Both the position numbers and the translations under genes were made by a program. A stretch of DNA of 64,000 bases. Origin: Azolla caroliniana. Lineage: Eukaryota; Plantae; Polypodiophyta. Within the stretch, counting starts at the first letter, position 1. The number at the start of each line of letters is the position of its first letter. Of the stretch, positions 1 to 9,376 are shown one piece after another. The notes below the pieces were generated by a model. The model searched no databases, was not told the origin of the DNA, and saw nothing but the letters and a program-made list of their open reading frames with translations. The DNA lies in contig JBHGNT010000004.1 in NCBI GenBank assembly GCA_043228905.1, positions 23,808,001-23,872,000 on the forward strand, written 5' to 3'.

Positions 1-5
1 CCTCT

Positions 6-2132
6 CTAAAAATCCTCTCGGTTTCCGGAACCGAGGGAGTCGCGGTTACGCTCGTGGTTCGGCCGTACCGTCAGAAACTGGACCGAATGGCGCCCGTCTT
101 GGCTTTTGACCCTCGCGTAGGCCGAACCATTGTCCAGCACCTTGGTCTCCATCCGCGCCGCCGTGATGTACGGCTCTCCCAGTATGACCGGATGCGAAGA
201 CGTCTCCTGCACGAAGAAGTGCTGGTCAATCTCGACGTCGCCGATCTTGACTCGCACATTCGGACAGGCCCCGTGCAGCTCCTCGGTGGCGCGCGTTGCC
301 GCCCTTATTTTCCACCCGTGCTTGGTGTTGATCGGCCATTTGCCCTTCTTATAGAAGTCCATGGACATCAAGTTGATCTCCGATCCGTGGTCCACCAAAG
401 CTATCACCGGTTCCTGGACATCGCCGATCTTCACCGGGGTTTCCGTGGTCGCTCGGGCCCAGTGTGGTCTCGAATAGTGGCTTTCCGCCCACTCGTCTCC
501 CAGCGCCATGTCGTCTAGGTGCGTCGTCCGCACTTCCACTGGTCTTTCCGGTTCTGTCTCCGTCGACAGCCTCTTCCGTTTCACCAAGTCCACGATGGAG
601 TCGTGGAACTCCTTCTTGGCGATTCCCAGCACCTCTCGTAACGACAGCTCCACCTTGCTGTCGAGGATCCGTTCCTCCAGGACCTTTTGTAAGTCCGTGG
701 TCCTTTCTATCTCCGTCCCCAGACGGTACCCGCCCTTCTGGGGTTTATCTTTCGTACCGGCCCCGCCGGCTTCGTCCCGTCGTGGCCCGGACCGGGTCTC
801 GTATCGTTGTGAGGGCCCGGTCGTCCCGGGTTTCCCCACCCGCTTCTCTTCTACCAGAGCCTCGTAGTTCTGGCAAGCGGCTTCCACGAAGCCCGTCCTT
901 TCCTCGACCGGGTCGCTCCACCCGGTCATCTCCCGTACCCGTTTCTCCGCGCGGTCCGATTCCTCCCCTTTTAGCCTTGCACCGGCAAGGCCTCCCAGCA
1001 TCGTCGGCCAGAATCCGGCTTTGCTTTCCCTTCGGGCCTCGCCGCCCCCGACTCGAATGCCGGCCGACGCCGAGTAGTGGACGGTTTCCGCGTGTCGGGC
1101 CGCCGCCTCTTCCATCAACCTTTTCATACCACCTCGCCCGTCGTTTCGGCTCAGGGCCCTTCGGGTGTCGCTGGCATGCACCCGCCCTTCCCACAGGTAC
1201 ACCACCCTGTCCCTTAGCGCCTCCGCGAAGTCGCCGCAGTCCTTCCGAATGTGGCCGACTTCATCGCACCACATGCACCTGTTTCCTGCCGCCGGCCGTC
1301 GGTCACGAGCCGGTTCGCCTCCTTCCCTTCGGGCCTGCGCGATTTGGAGGTCCTTTATCGCCTTCGTCAATTCCTCCAGCGCCGCTCCTCCGGTCGGGCC
1401 TCTGACTACGCCGGTCGAAGCCGAACCGGTTTCCAACCACTCCCGGGTCTCTTCCTTGCGCACCTGTGGCGCTGGTTCAAGCTTCCTTGCTGCGACCGAG
1501 CCCGACCCGGTCGCCCCGTTATCCGCCCATTCTCGCCGTTTGTCGAAACGGCCACAGACCTTCCTGACAGCCGCCCAGTCAGTAGTGAGCCCGTCTTCGG
1601 TTTCCAGCAAGAGGCCCACTTGCTCCCGATCCCGCTCGTCGACCGACTTGACAAACAGCAAGACCCGGCTCGTGTCCAGGATGGTTCGGTCGAGCGCCGA
1701 AAGGCGCGCAAAGTTTTCCTCGAACTCCCGGAGGAGTGCCGACGCGTTTCTTCCCTTCCCCGGGGACTCCACCCATTCCATGAACCTTCGCTTCGAAAGC
1801 CGGAGCGCGTCGTCCAGCCCGTATTTCTCTAGGAGCCGACCTTCGAACTCCTCCCAGGTACGGCTCTCCGCCCGCACCTCGAGCACCTCCGCATGGATGC
1901 TCGGCATTGCCACTCGGGGAAATCCGGCAAGACGCCTTTCTTCCGGAATGTCCCGCATCAGCATTTCTGCACCGTAGGACGCCAGATACTTCGTGGCATC
2001 CCTCCCATCGAACCGGCCGATCGTGCCGACGACCGCCTCGATAGCTCTGTCGAGGGCACCGGTGCCCTCGCGCGCGTTTACAATCCGATCCACGGCCGAA
2101 GCCATGGCCTCTGCAAGATCCGACCCCCTCAT
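6..2132 (-). CDS. Ty3/Gypsy retrotransposon gag-protease ORF (element B); pol expected beyond the left edge of the window
   Basis: Long ORF with a CCHC knuckle (CMWCDEVGHIRKDC) and a retropepsin-like domain (ALVDHGSEINLMS...VILGEPY). The likely ATG at 2132 lies just after the PBS. Confidence 0.85.
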   Translation of the reverse strand: MRGSDLAEAMASAVDRIVNAREGTGALDRAIEAVVGTIGRFDGRDATKYLASYGAEMLMRDIPEERRLAGFPRVAMPSIHAEVLEVRAESRTWEEFEGRLLEKYGLDDALRLSKRRFMEWVESPGKGRNASALLREFEENFARLSALDRTILDTSRVLLFVKSVDERDREQVGLLLETEDGLTTDWAAVRKVCGRFDKRREWADNGATGSGSVAARKLEPAPQVRKEETREWLETGSASTGVVRGPTGGAALEELTKAIKDLQIAQARREGGEPARDRRPAAGNRCMWCDEVGHIRKDCGDFAEALRDRVVYLWEGRVHASDTRRALSRNDGRGGMKRLMEEAAARHAETVHYSASAGIRVGGGEARRESKAGFWPTMLGGLAGARLKGEESDRAEKRVREMTGWSDPVEERTGFVEAACQNYEALVEEKRVGKPGTTGPSQRYETRSGPRRDEAGGAGTKDKPQKGGYRLGTEIERTTDLQKVLEERILDSKVELSLREVLGIAKKEFHDSIVDLVKRKRLSTETEPERPVEVRTTHLDDMALGDEWAESHYSRPHWARATTETPVKIGDVQEPVIALVDHGSEINLMSMDFYKKGKWPINTKHGWKIRAATRATEELHGACPNVRVKIGDVEIDQHFFVQETSSHPVILGEPYITAARMETKVLDNGSAYARVKSQDGRHSVQFLTVRPNHERNRDSLGSGNREDF

Positions 2133-2155
2133 CTTTTGCTCTTCTGCCGCCTCTT

Positions 2156-2172
2156 TCACGTCGGGTTCACCA
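2156..2172 (-). promoter_or_regulatory. Primer-binding site complementary to tRNA-Trp
   Basis: Minus strand reads TGGTGAACCCGACGTGA, complementary to the plant tRNA-Trp 3' end (TCACGTCGGGTTCACCA), 3 nt after an LTR-like ...AGACA end. Confidence 0.85.
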
Positions 2173-2175
2173 AGA

Positions 2176-2961
2176 TGTCTAGATATTACGCAAGTGCGTG
2201 AGGAAACGAGGCGGGACCGCGGGGGTCTCGAACCAAAGAGCAAGCGAGGGAGGAGAAAGAGGGAGAACCGGCTACGCAGGACCGGGGATGCACAGGGACA
2301 CGGCCCTTCAGCACAGAGAACGCGAACAGACACCGACACAGACAGATGCGAATGACTAAATATGTATATTAAGAAAAATGGCTAGCACGACTACAACCCC
2401 CGATGGGGCACAGGTTGGTTACAACCGAACAGGCCGGCGAACAGATGCCGATGCCTGTTCGCTTCGACGCACAAAAGGGGGGTAGCAGGTCGGAGGTGCT
2501 GCCGGAAGCACTCGGGCGTTCCTCGAAACAGCGCGAGCCTCCTCGGAACCCTGCACAGAAAGCTATGGAGCTCAAGAAGGAAGGAAACAGAGAGAGAAGC
2601 GTCCAGAAACGGTCCGACAGCACTTCGTCCTCTCTGCGCGAGATGCCCGCAACAGCTCTTTCCTGCTCTTATATAGGCCGACGAGCAGGCCGTCGTGTCA
2701 GCTTTATTCCCTGTCCCTTTCGAACAGGGATCCGCTCCGTTCTTCACGCATCCGCGTAGTTACGCCGCCGACTCGTACAGTTCGCGCGCGCGACCGAAAA
2801 GACTGTTCGCGCGGTCTTTGTCTCCACTCGTGTTAGGGCCCGTTCCTGCCAATTATCCTCCTAATTCGCTTCTATGTACAACTTGGAGCGTGCGCGCGTG
2901 AAGAACCGGTTCCCACGCCTTGGTGCGCCGATTCCGCTTATGGACGGTTTTCTTCACGACA
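2176..2961 (-). mobile_element. 5' LTR of Gypsy element B
   Basis: Minus strand runs TGTCGTGAAG...TCTAGACA with a TATA box (CTATATAAG near 2668-2676) and an adjacent PBS. The same 5' terminus recurs at 16715. Confidence 0.75.
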
Positions 2962-3723
2962 ACGGGTAGTGCGGAACAAAGGAAGCGGAAGATGGCACAA
3001 GGGAGGTGCCGGGAACGAGGTGACGGGTGCATAGTGGACTGCACAGGGTCGGAGTCAGGGGATGACAAGGGAGTCCGGAGGAGGATCCTCCACACTCGCT
3101 TCGTAGATCTCGGCAGCTCTGTCAGAGTAGCGAAGACTGACACAGCAAGCCCGGAATGACAAGCTGGTGGGGGCGAGGGGACGACGGCAAGCGGAAGACT
3201 CAGTACCTGTTGCAGCAGTGCAAGACGGAAAGGGCCAAGCGGGCTACTACAGGGTGTTCCTCGGATGCGGAGGACACCGATATGCGGATGAGCGGCGATG
3301 CACGATCTGGCCGGGAAAGGGGCCGACAAGGCGTTGTCGTGAAGATTTTCGGCAATAGTGTGAAAATCCCATAAAACGTACGAAATCGAGTATGAATCAC
3401 ATAATACAATAATTGTGAAGATAACATTTTAAATAAATTTAATATCTAAGTACAAAATGATGGAGGTTTCGAATGCACTTTATTACATGAGAAACGGACA
3501 ACTAAATGTCAAGATATGAGGGTATAAAGTTTGTGAAAGGAAAAGAGAAAATTGTGAGATATCCCACATAGGCACGACAAATACGACTCTCGTCATATAT
3601 AAGGTAGAGCAAAAGATATTATCTTTGTGTCTATGTGTGGAGCATAGAGAGTTCAAGGTAACTTGAACTAAGAGTGGAGGTAGGCTAGCTACTCGTAAAG
3701 GGTTTTGGCCAACCAAAACCGGA

Positions 3724-3993
3724 CCGGCGATGGAGCCGGTGATCCGGCGGCAGCACCGGCGGTATCCGGCGCCGGTGAGACGATGGTATCCGGCGAGGCA
3801 TCGACAACCGGCGGCGGCAACCGGCGGCAGCACCGGTATTCGGCGCCGATGAGACGACGGCATCCGGCGAGGCACCGGTAACCGACGGCATCCGGCGAAC
3901 CGGCGGCAACCGGCGACGGCACCGGTATCTGGCGCCGGTGAGACGACGGCATCCGGCGAGGCACCGGTAACCGACGACATCCGGCGTCCGGCG
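3724..3993. repeat. GC-rich tandem sub-repeats (~75-90 bp period) inside solo LTR C
   Basis: Repeated GGCGCCGGTGAGACGA.GG.ATCCGGCGAGGCA and CCGGCGGCAACCGGCG blocks. Confidence 0.85.
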
Positions 3994-4044
3994 ACTAGAT
4001 AAATAAATATATAAATATATATACATATTTACATATACAAGGAG

Positions 4045-4113
4045 GGCAAGTAAGGATTCGAACCTTGCACCTCCAAGTTAGGAGTCCATTGGCTTACCAT
4101 TAAGCCATGCTAT
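4045..4113 (-). other. tRNA-derived Pol III A/B-box module (not a functional tRNA) inside solo LTR C
   Basis: Minus strand TGGCTTAATGGTAAGCC...CTCCTAA...AGGTGCAAGGTTCGAATCCTT. D-arm and T-arm pair, but there is no acceptor stem. Confidence 0.6.
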
Positions 4114-4562
4114 TTAGTTGAAATTATATTCCTATCATTGTACTTTTACATGTAAATTCTCATACATGAGAGCTAAAATGAGTGACATGGTTATCATGCA
4201 CCACATGTAATACATAAGCGCCAAATGGCAAACATGCAATTTATACATGTCTTGTACCCTCACATGCATCATATGCATGAGAGCATCTATAAAAGAAGGG
4301 GGAGGAGAAAAAACACGGTTTTTTTTTATGAAAATTAAGAGGAAGAAATTCGTTATCAAATTGATCGTGTAACTTGTTTCTTAAATCTAAAGTTAAAAGT
4401 TCAATCAATCTCTCTCAATCGTGTGATCTCAACTTCTCTCTTTCCCAATCTATCTTAAGTACTTTCTCGCTAAAGCTTGCGCCAAAGCTTGTACCGACTT
4501 TGAATCCTTTCGGTCCAGAACCCCGGCGGTTCCGCCTCACGATCCGCATGTAGTGACGGATC

Positions 4563-4732
4563 TGTCGAATACATGTGTATAATGGACGTATTCACACTAT
4601 CCCGTTTTGGCCATTTATGTAATTAGCATAAAGGGTAGTTGCCCTAAGTCGGTCATTATATATATTGACCTTGTAACCTCTTTGTGAGGTTGGTTGTTGT
4701 ATTCTTCTTTATGAAATAAAGACTCTTGTGTG

Positions 4733-4773
<41 letters not shown>

Positions 4774-7700
4774 AACGACCTACTAACAGTCATACGCAGG
4801 GAATAAACAGGAATCGAGTGCTTCTAGATCTTCCGCACTGACGACGATGCCTCTCTCTCGTCAACCAAAACCGAATTTGATGGCATCAACATCCGGCTCG
4901 TCAGAAATGAGTCTACGAAAGTTCGATGGATCGAACTTCAACTTCTGGAAGGAGCAAATGCAGGACTATCTCATAGTCAAGGGACAAATCGATCCCATCG
5001 AAAATGAAGAACCTCCAGAAGGATACAAACCAATTGAGTGGCAGAAGCTGGACAGAATCGTCCGCGCCACGATTCGGATGCACCTATCGGAATCGGTGTA
5101 CTTTACGGTGCAATCGTGTACGACAGCATTCGAACTGTGGAAAACACTGTCGGACACTTACGAAAAGAAGGTCGCCGCAACGAAGATGTTTCTGATCCGG
5201 CGCCTCTACAACTTGTGGATGAAAGAATCCGATTCGGTTCAAGCACACCTCAATGAGTACGAAAGCATAAGCTCCCAAATCTCGTCACAGGGGACGGCAA
5301 TCGAGGATGAACTCAGAGCAATGATACTCATGAGCAGCCTTCCCTCATCATGGGAAACTTTCGTCACAACCGTGTGCAACGCGTCAACCACGGCTGTTAA
5401 ATACTCCGAAGTCACGAGCGCAATCCTGACCGAAGCAGCTCGGAGAAAGTCTTTCGCCAAAGACTCAACAGACGACGCTTACGTAGTACAAGGTTCGACA
5501 GACCGATCGAACATACGAGGAAGAGATTCCTCACGACCGCCGAACAATCAGCGAAGACGGAGCCAGTCACGGGATAACCGAATCTGCAACTATTGCAAGA
5601 AACCCGGACACATCAAAGCCGACTGCCGCGCACTCAAGAACAAGAACAACAAGAAGAGTGGCCGGCATGAGGAGATCAATTACGTCAGCTTCTCAGCTGA
5701 TGTACTACCGGACGACCCGAATATACTATCAATCGAAAATCCAGTCGGATCAGAAGTTCTGCTCACGACTGAAGAATCGAGCACATGGCTCTTGGATTCG
5801 GGTGCGTCATTTCATGTGACTCCTCATCGGTCCCAATTTCGGCAATATACGATCCGTCACTCCGACTCAGTTAGGGTCGGCAACTCACAACACTGTGACA
5901 TCATCGGAATCGGCACAGTAGAGCTCAACCTTGCAGGTGGCTCTACACTTGTACTCCACAATGTCCGACATGTACCCGAGCTCTCAAGGCCATTGATCTC
6001 AGTCGGACAACTCGATGAAGACGGCATTCGTGCCGGTTTTTCTTCGGGAGGGTGGACACTCCACAGGGGGAACCTCCTGCTTGCTAGAGGACCCAAGATA
6101 CACTCACTGTATCCGTTACATGTTACGCTCAGAGAGGGTAACCTGTTTTTGGTGGATATTCCTGTGTCATCATTATGGCACCGAAGACTGGGACACCTCA
6201 GCAAGGCCGGCATCACGCACCTATCTAGAGCCGGATACATCCCCAAACTCTCCTTCTCGGACCATCAATTTTGCGAGCATTGCCAGTATGGCAAACAAGC
6301 AGCCGCATCACACCCGACATCAGCACCAAGAGAAACGAGACCTCTCGATTTGGTCCACTCGGACGTCTGTGGCCCAATGCCGCATCAGTCTCTCGGCGGT
6401 GCCTCTTACTTCGTCACCTTTATTGACGATTCGACTCGAAAGGTGTGGGCTTATCCAATTCGCACCAAAGATCGGGTCTTCTCGATCTTCACCGATTGGC
6501 TCGCTATGGTAGAAAATCAAACCGACCGAAAGTTGAAATGCCTTCGGACCGACAATGGGGGAGAGTTCAAATCAGAAGAATTCGTCAAATTCTGCCGACA
6601 ACGCGGCATCCGACGTGAATTTACGGCACCACACAGTCCGGAGCAAAACGGGATTGCAGAGCGAATGAATCGGACAATCCAAGAACGGATAGTTTCCATG
6701 CTCCAACACTCCGGACTGTCGGATGGCTTCTGGGCAGAGGCTCTACTCACGGCAGTACACATAATCAATGTGTCGCCAAGTAGACCTCTAGGACTTCAAA
6801 TTCCTCAGGAACTATGGATCGGCAGTAAGCCGAATTACGACAAGCTGAGGATCTTCGGATGCGAGGCGTATGCCCTTATTCCGAAAGATGATCGCCGGAA
6901 ACTTGCACCTCGGTCCAGGAAATGCATTTTCCTTGGATATGGATCCGACGGCGAAATGGGATACCGACTCTGGGACCCCGAACGCAGACAAATCGTTCGA
7001 AGTTCGGACGTTGTGTTCAACGAGTCGGCTATGAATCCATCAGTCGAAAAACCGATCGAAGTCCGAAGGGTAACATTTTCCGATGTGCCGACCCTTCAAG
7101 AAGGCCCCGCTCTCAACACACGGTCAGCTTCACGGGTAGCTGAACCTTACACTACCGACTCGGACAACTCTGACTCGGCACAGCCGAATGATTCGGCTTC
7201 GGACCATCCGACCTCGATACCCGATGCGACCAGTCCAATCCTACTTCGACGATCCGAGAGACTGTCGCAACCTCCGGAGAGATATTCTCCTGGAATTTTC
7301 TTCACCGACGCCGGCGAACCGACGTCTTACGAAGAAGCATCGACATCTGTCGATTCAGCCACCTGGCATCTGGCGATGGAGTCGGAAATGCACTCCATTC
7401 GGGCAAACAAGACTTGGGATTTGGTCGAATTACCTAGGAACCGACGTGCTCTTCCTTGCAAGTGGGTCTATCGACTAAAAGAGACGTTTGATTCGACCAC
7501 CCCAAAGTACAAGGCCAGATTAGTTGCGAAGGGCTTCCGACAAGAATATGGCGTCGACTTCGACGAGATTTTTTCACCAGTGGTGAAAATGACAACCCTT
7601 CGTTTCCTACTCGGCGTAGTGGCAGCCGACAACCTGGAGCTGATTCAGCTAGATGTCAAAACAGCCTTCCTCCATGGTGATCTCGAGGAGGAAATTTATA

Positions 7701-9256
7701 TGGAGCAGCCAAAAGGCTTCGTGGCCACCGGCCAAGAACATCTAGTCTGCCGACTCAGGAAGAGTCTATACGGCCTCAAACAGGCACCACGACAATGGTA
7801 CAAGAAGTTCGACGACTTCATCCAATCGATCGGCTTCTCCAAAAGCGATGAGGACCATTGTCTCTTCACCAACACAGCTCAAGATGGATCATCCATCTTC
7901 CTCATCATTTACGTGGACGACATGCTAATTTCTGGACGCCACGCGGGCGAACTTGCCGATCTCGTTCGGCAACTGCGGTTGAAGTTTGCCATGAAGGACC
8001 TCGGTCCGGCACGACACATCCTTGGCATGAAGATTAGTCGGCATCGCGATAAACGACATCTTTTTTTGTCTCAGACCGACTATATCGGACGTGTCTTGGA
8101 ACGCTTCAACATGCAATCAGCCAAATCTGCTTCAACCCCGCTCCCCATGAATCTTCGGCTCTCTCAGCGAGACTGCCCGACATCCGGTCCGGAGGGGGAA
8201 GATATGAAGTCGGTACCGTATGCACCGGCAGTCGGCTCCCTTATGTACCTGATGGTCGCGACACGGCCTGATATATCTCATGCCGTAGGAGTCGTTAGCA
8301 GATTTATGCACAATCCTGGCCGATCGCATTGGAACGCAGTCAAGCATGTGTTCAGATATCTGGCTGGCACAAAAGATCACGGCATTCTTTTCGGTCCGAA
8401 CCGAACCTCAGGCGTAGTCGGTTACACCGACTCGGATTTCGCCGGCTGTATAGACAGTCGGAAATCAACAACCGGATACTGCTTCAAATTCGGCAATGGA
8501 GCAATCTCGTGGAAGTCGAAACTTCAGGAGTGCACAGCGACCTCAACGACCGAAGCAGAATATGTAGCTGCGTCCGACGCAGCAAAAGAAGCTTTGTGGC
8601 TCGGTCGGCTGGCACACACGTTTCGACAAGTCGAACATGACTCGGCTCCAGTTGTCTACAGCGACAGTCAAGGTGTTGTTGCCTTGTCGAAAAATCCGGT
8701 TCACCACAACGCCTCCAAACATATCGACGTTCGATATCACTTCGTTCGGGACTGCGTCATTTCAGGGAAAATCGGTCTAAAGAAAATATCCACAACCGAT
8801 AATGTCGGAGATGGAATGACCAAGTGTCTTTCGGCAGACCGTTTTCGGTCTCTTCGGCATCAGATGGGCGTAACGACAAACCAGTCCGGTTAGAGCCGGA
8901 CACAGAGCAGGATGGTTCCCGACAACCGACATCAGTTCCTTAATGATCGGCTTCAACTGTTCCGACCCGACCAGTTCGGTCTTCTGCCTTCGGACCCTGC
9001 CGACTCGAACAAAGCTGATATGTCCGAGAACCTAAGTCTATACCTGTAATCTTAGATAACCCATGTATACGCCCATTACGGGGGAGTGTCGAATACATGT
9101 GTATAATGGACGTATTCACACTATCCCGTTTTGGCCATTTATGTAATTAGCATAAAGGGTAGTTGCCCTAAGTCGGTCACTATATATATTGACCTTGTAA
9201 CCTCTTTGTGAGGTTGGTTGTTGTATTCTTCTTTATGAAATAAAGACTCTTGTGTG

Positions 9257-9291
<35 letters not shown>

Positions 9292-9376
9292 AACGACCTA
9301 CTAACAGTCATACACAGGGAATAAACAGGAATCGAGTGCTTCTAGATCTTCCGCACTGACGACGATGCCATCAACA
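4563..9376 (+). mobile_element. Young full-length Ty1/copia element D (Tnt1/Tork-like)
   Basis: LTRs at 4563-4851 and 9087-9376 differ by 2 substitutions and (TC)17 vs (TC)14. A 5-bp TSD GGATC lies at 4558-4562 and 9377-9381, and the PPT ACGGGGGAG ends at 9086. Confidence 0.95.
4880..8893 (+). CDS. Copia gag-pol polyprotein (gag, zinc knuckle, protease, integrase, RT, RNase H)
   Basis: Uninterrupted ORF with CNYCKKPGHIKADC, WLLDSGAS, LWHRRLGH..C..C, HSDVCGP/TDNGGEF/NGIAERMNRT, YVDDML and DSDFAG/TTEAEY. The ATG at 4880 (MASTSG) is preferred over 4847, which lies in the LTR. Confidence 0.95.
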   Translation: MASTSGSSEMSLRKFDGSNFNFWKEQMQDYLIVKGQIDPIENEEPPEGYKPIEWQKLDRIVRATIRMHLSESVYFTVQSCTTAFELWKTLSDTYEKKVAATKMFLIRRLYNLWMKESDSVQAHLNEYESISSQISSQGTAIEDELRAMILMSSLPSSWETFVTTVCNASTTAVKYSEVTSAILTEAARRKSFAKDSTDDAYVVQGSTDRSNIRGRDSSRPPNNQRRRSQSRDNRICNYCKKPGHIKADCRALKNKNNKKSGRHEEINYVSFSADVLPDDPNILSIENPVGSEVLLTTEESSTWLLDSGASFHVTPHRSQFRQYTIRHSDSVRVGNSQHCDIIGIGTVELNLAGGSTLVLHNVRHVPELSRPLISVGQLDEDGIRAGFSSGGWTLHRGNLLLARGPKIHSLYPLHVTLREGNLFLVDIPVSSLWHRRLGHLSKAGITHLSRAGYIPKLSFSDHQFCEHCQYGKQAAASHPTSAPRETRPLDLVHSDVCGPMPHQSLGGASYFVTFIDDSTRKVWAYPIRTKDRVFSIFTDWLAMVENQTDRKLKCLRTDNGGEFKSEEFVKFCRQRGIRREFTAPHSPEQNGIAERMNRTIQERIVSMLQHSGLSDGFWAEALLTAVHIINVSPSRPLGLQIPQELWIGSKPNYDKLRIFGCEAYALIPKDDRRKLAPRSRKCIFLGYGSDGEMGYRLWDPERRQIVRSSDVVFNESAMNPSVEKPIEVRRVTFSDVPTLQEGPALNTRSASRVAEPYTTDSDNSDSAQPNDSASDHPTSIPDATSPILLRRSERLSQPPERYSPGIFFTDAGEPTSYEEASTSVDSATWHLAMESEMHSIRANKTWDLVELPRNRRALPCKWVYRLKETFDSTTPKYKARLVAKGFRQEYGVDFDEIFSPVVKMTTLRFLLGVVAADNLELIQLDVKTAFLHGDLEEEIYMEQPKGFVATGQEHLVCRLRKSLYGLKQAPRQWYKKFDDFIQSIGFSKSDEDHCLFTNTAQDGSSIFLIIYVDDMLISGRHAGELADLVRQLRLKFAMKDLGPARHILGMKISRHRDKRHLFLSQTDYIGRVLERFNMQSAKSASTPLPMNLRLSQRDCPTSGPEGEDMKSVPYAPAVGSLMYLMVATRPDISHAVGVVSRFMHNPGRSHWNAVKHVFRYLAGTKDHGILFGPNRTSGVVGYTDSDFAGCIDSRKSTTGYCFKFGNGAISWKSKLQECTATSTTEAEYVAASDAAKEALWLGRLAHTFRQVEHDSAPVVYSDSQGVVALSKNPVHHNASKHIDVRYHFVRDCVISGKIGLKKISTTDNVGDGMTKCLSADRFRSLRHQMGVTTNQSG

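Noticed and set aside
54-2355. Several long + strand ORFs opposite the gag-protease
   Set aside because: They are shadow ORFs of a GC-rich coding strand with no recognisable motifs.
3075-3230. Chromodomain remnant (RILHTR...GKRKTQYLL) in element A
   Set aside because: The fragments are not in one open frame, lack the conserved Trp residues and are not preserved in the second repeat unit.
4045-4113. Functional tRNA-Arg gene
   Set aside because: There is no acceptor stem and the anticodon stem is irregular.
4881-4890. TGGCATCAAC as a degenerate iMet PBS
   Set aside because: It matches TGGTATCAGAGC poorly, overlaps the gag start codons and is not adjacent to a CA terminus.
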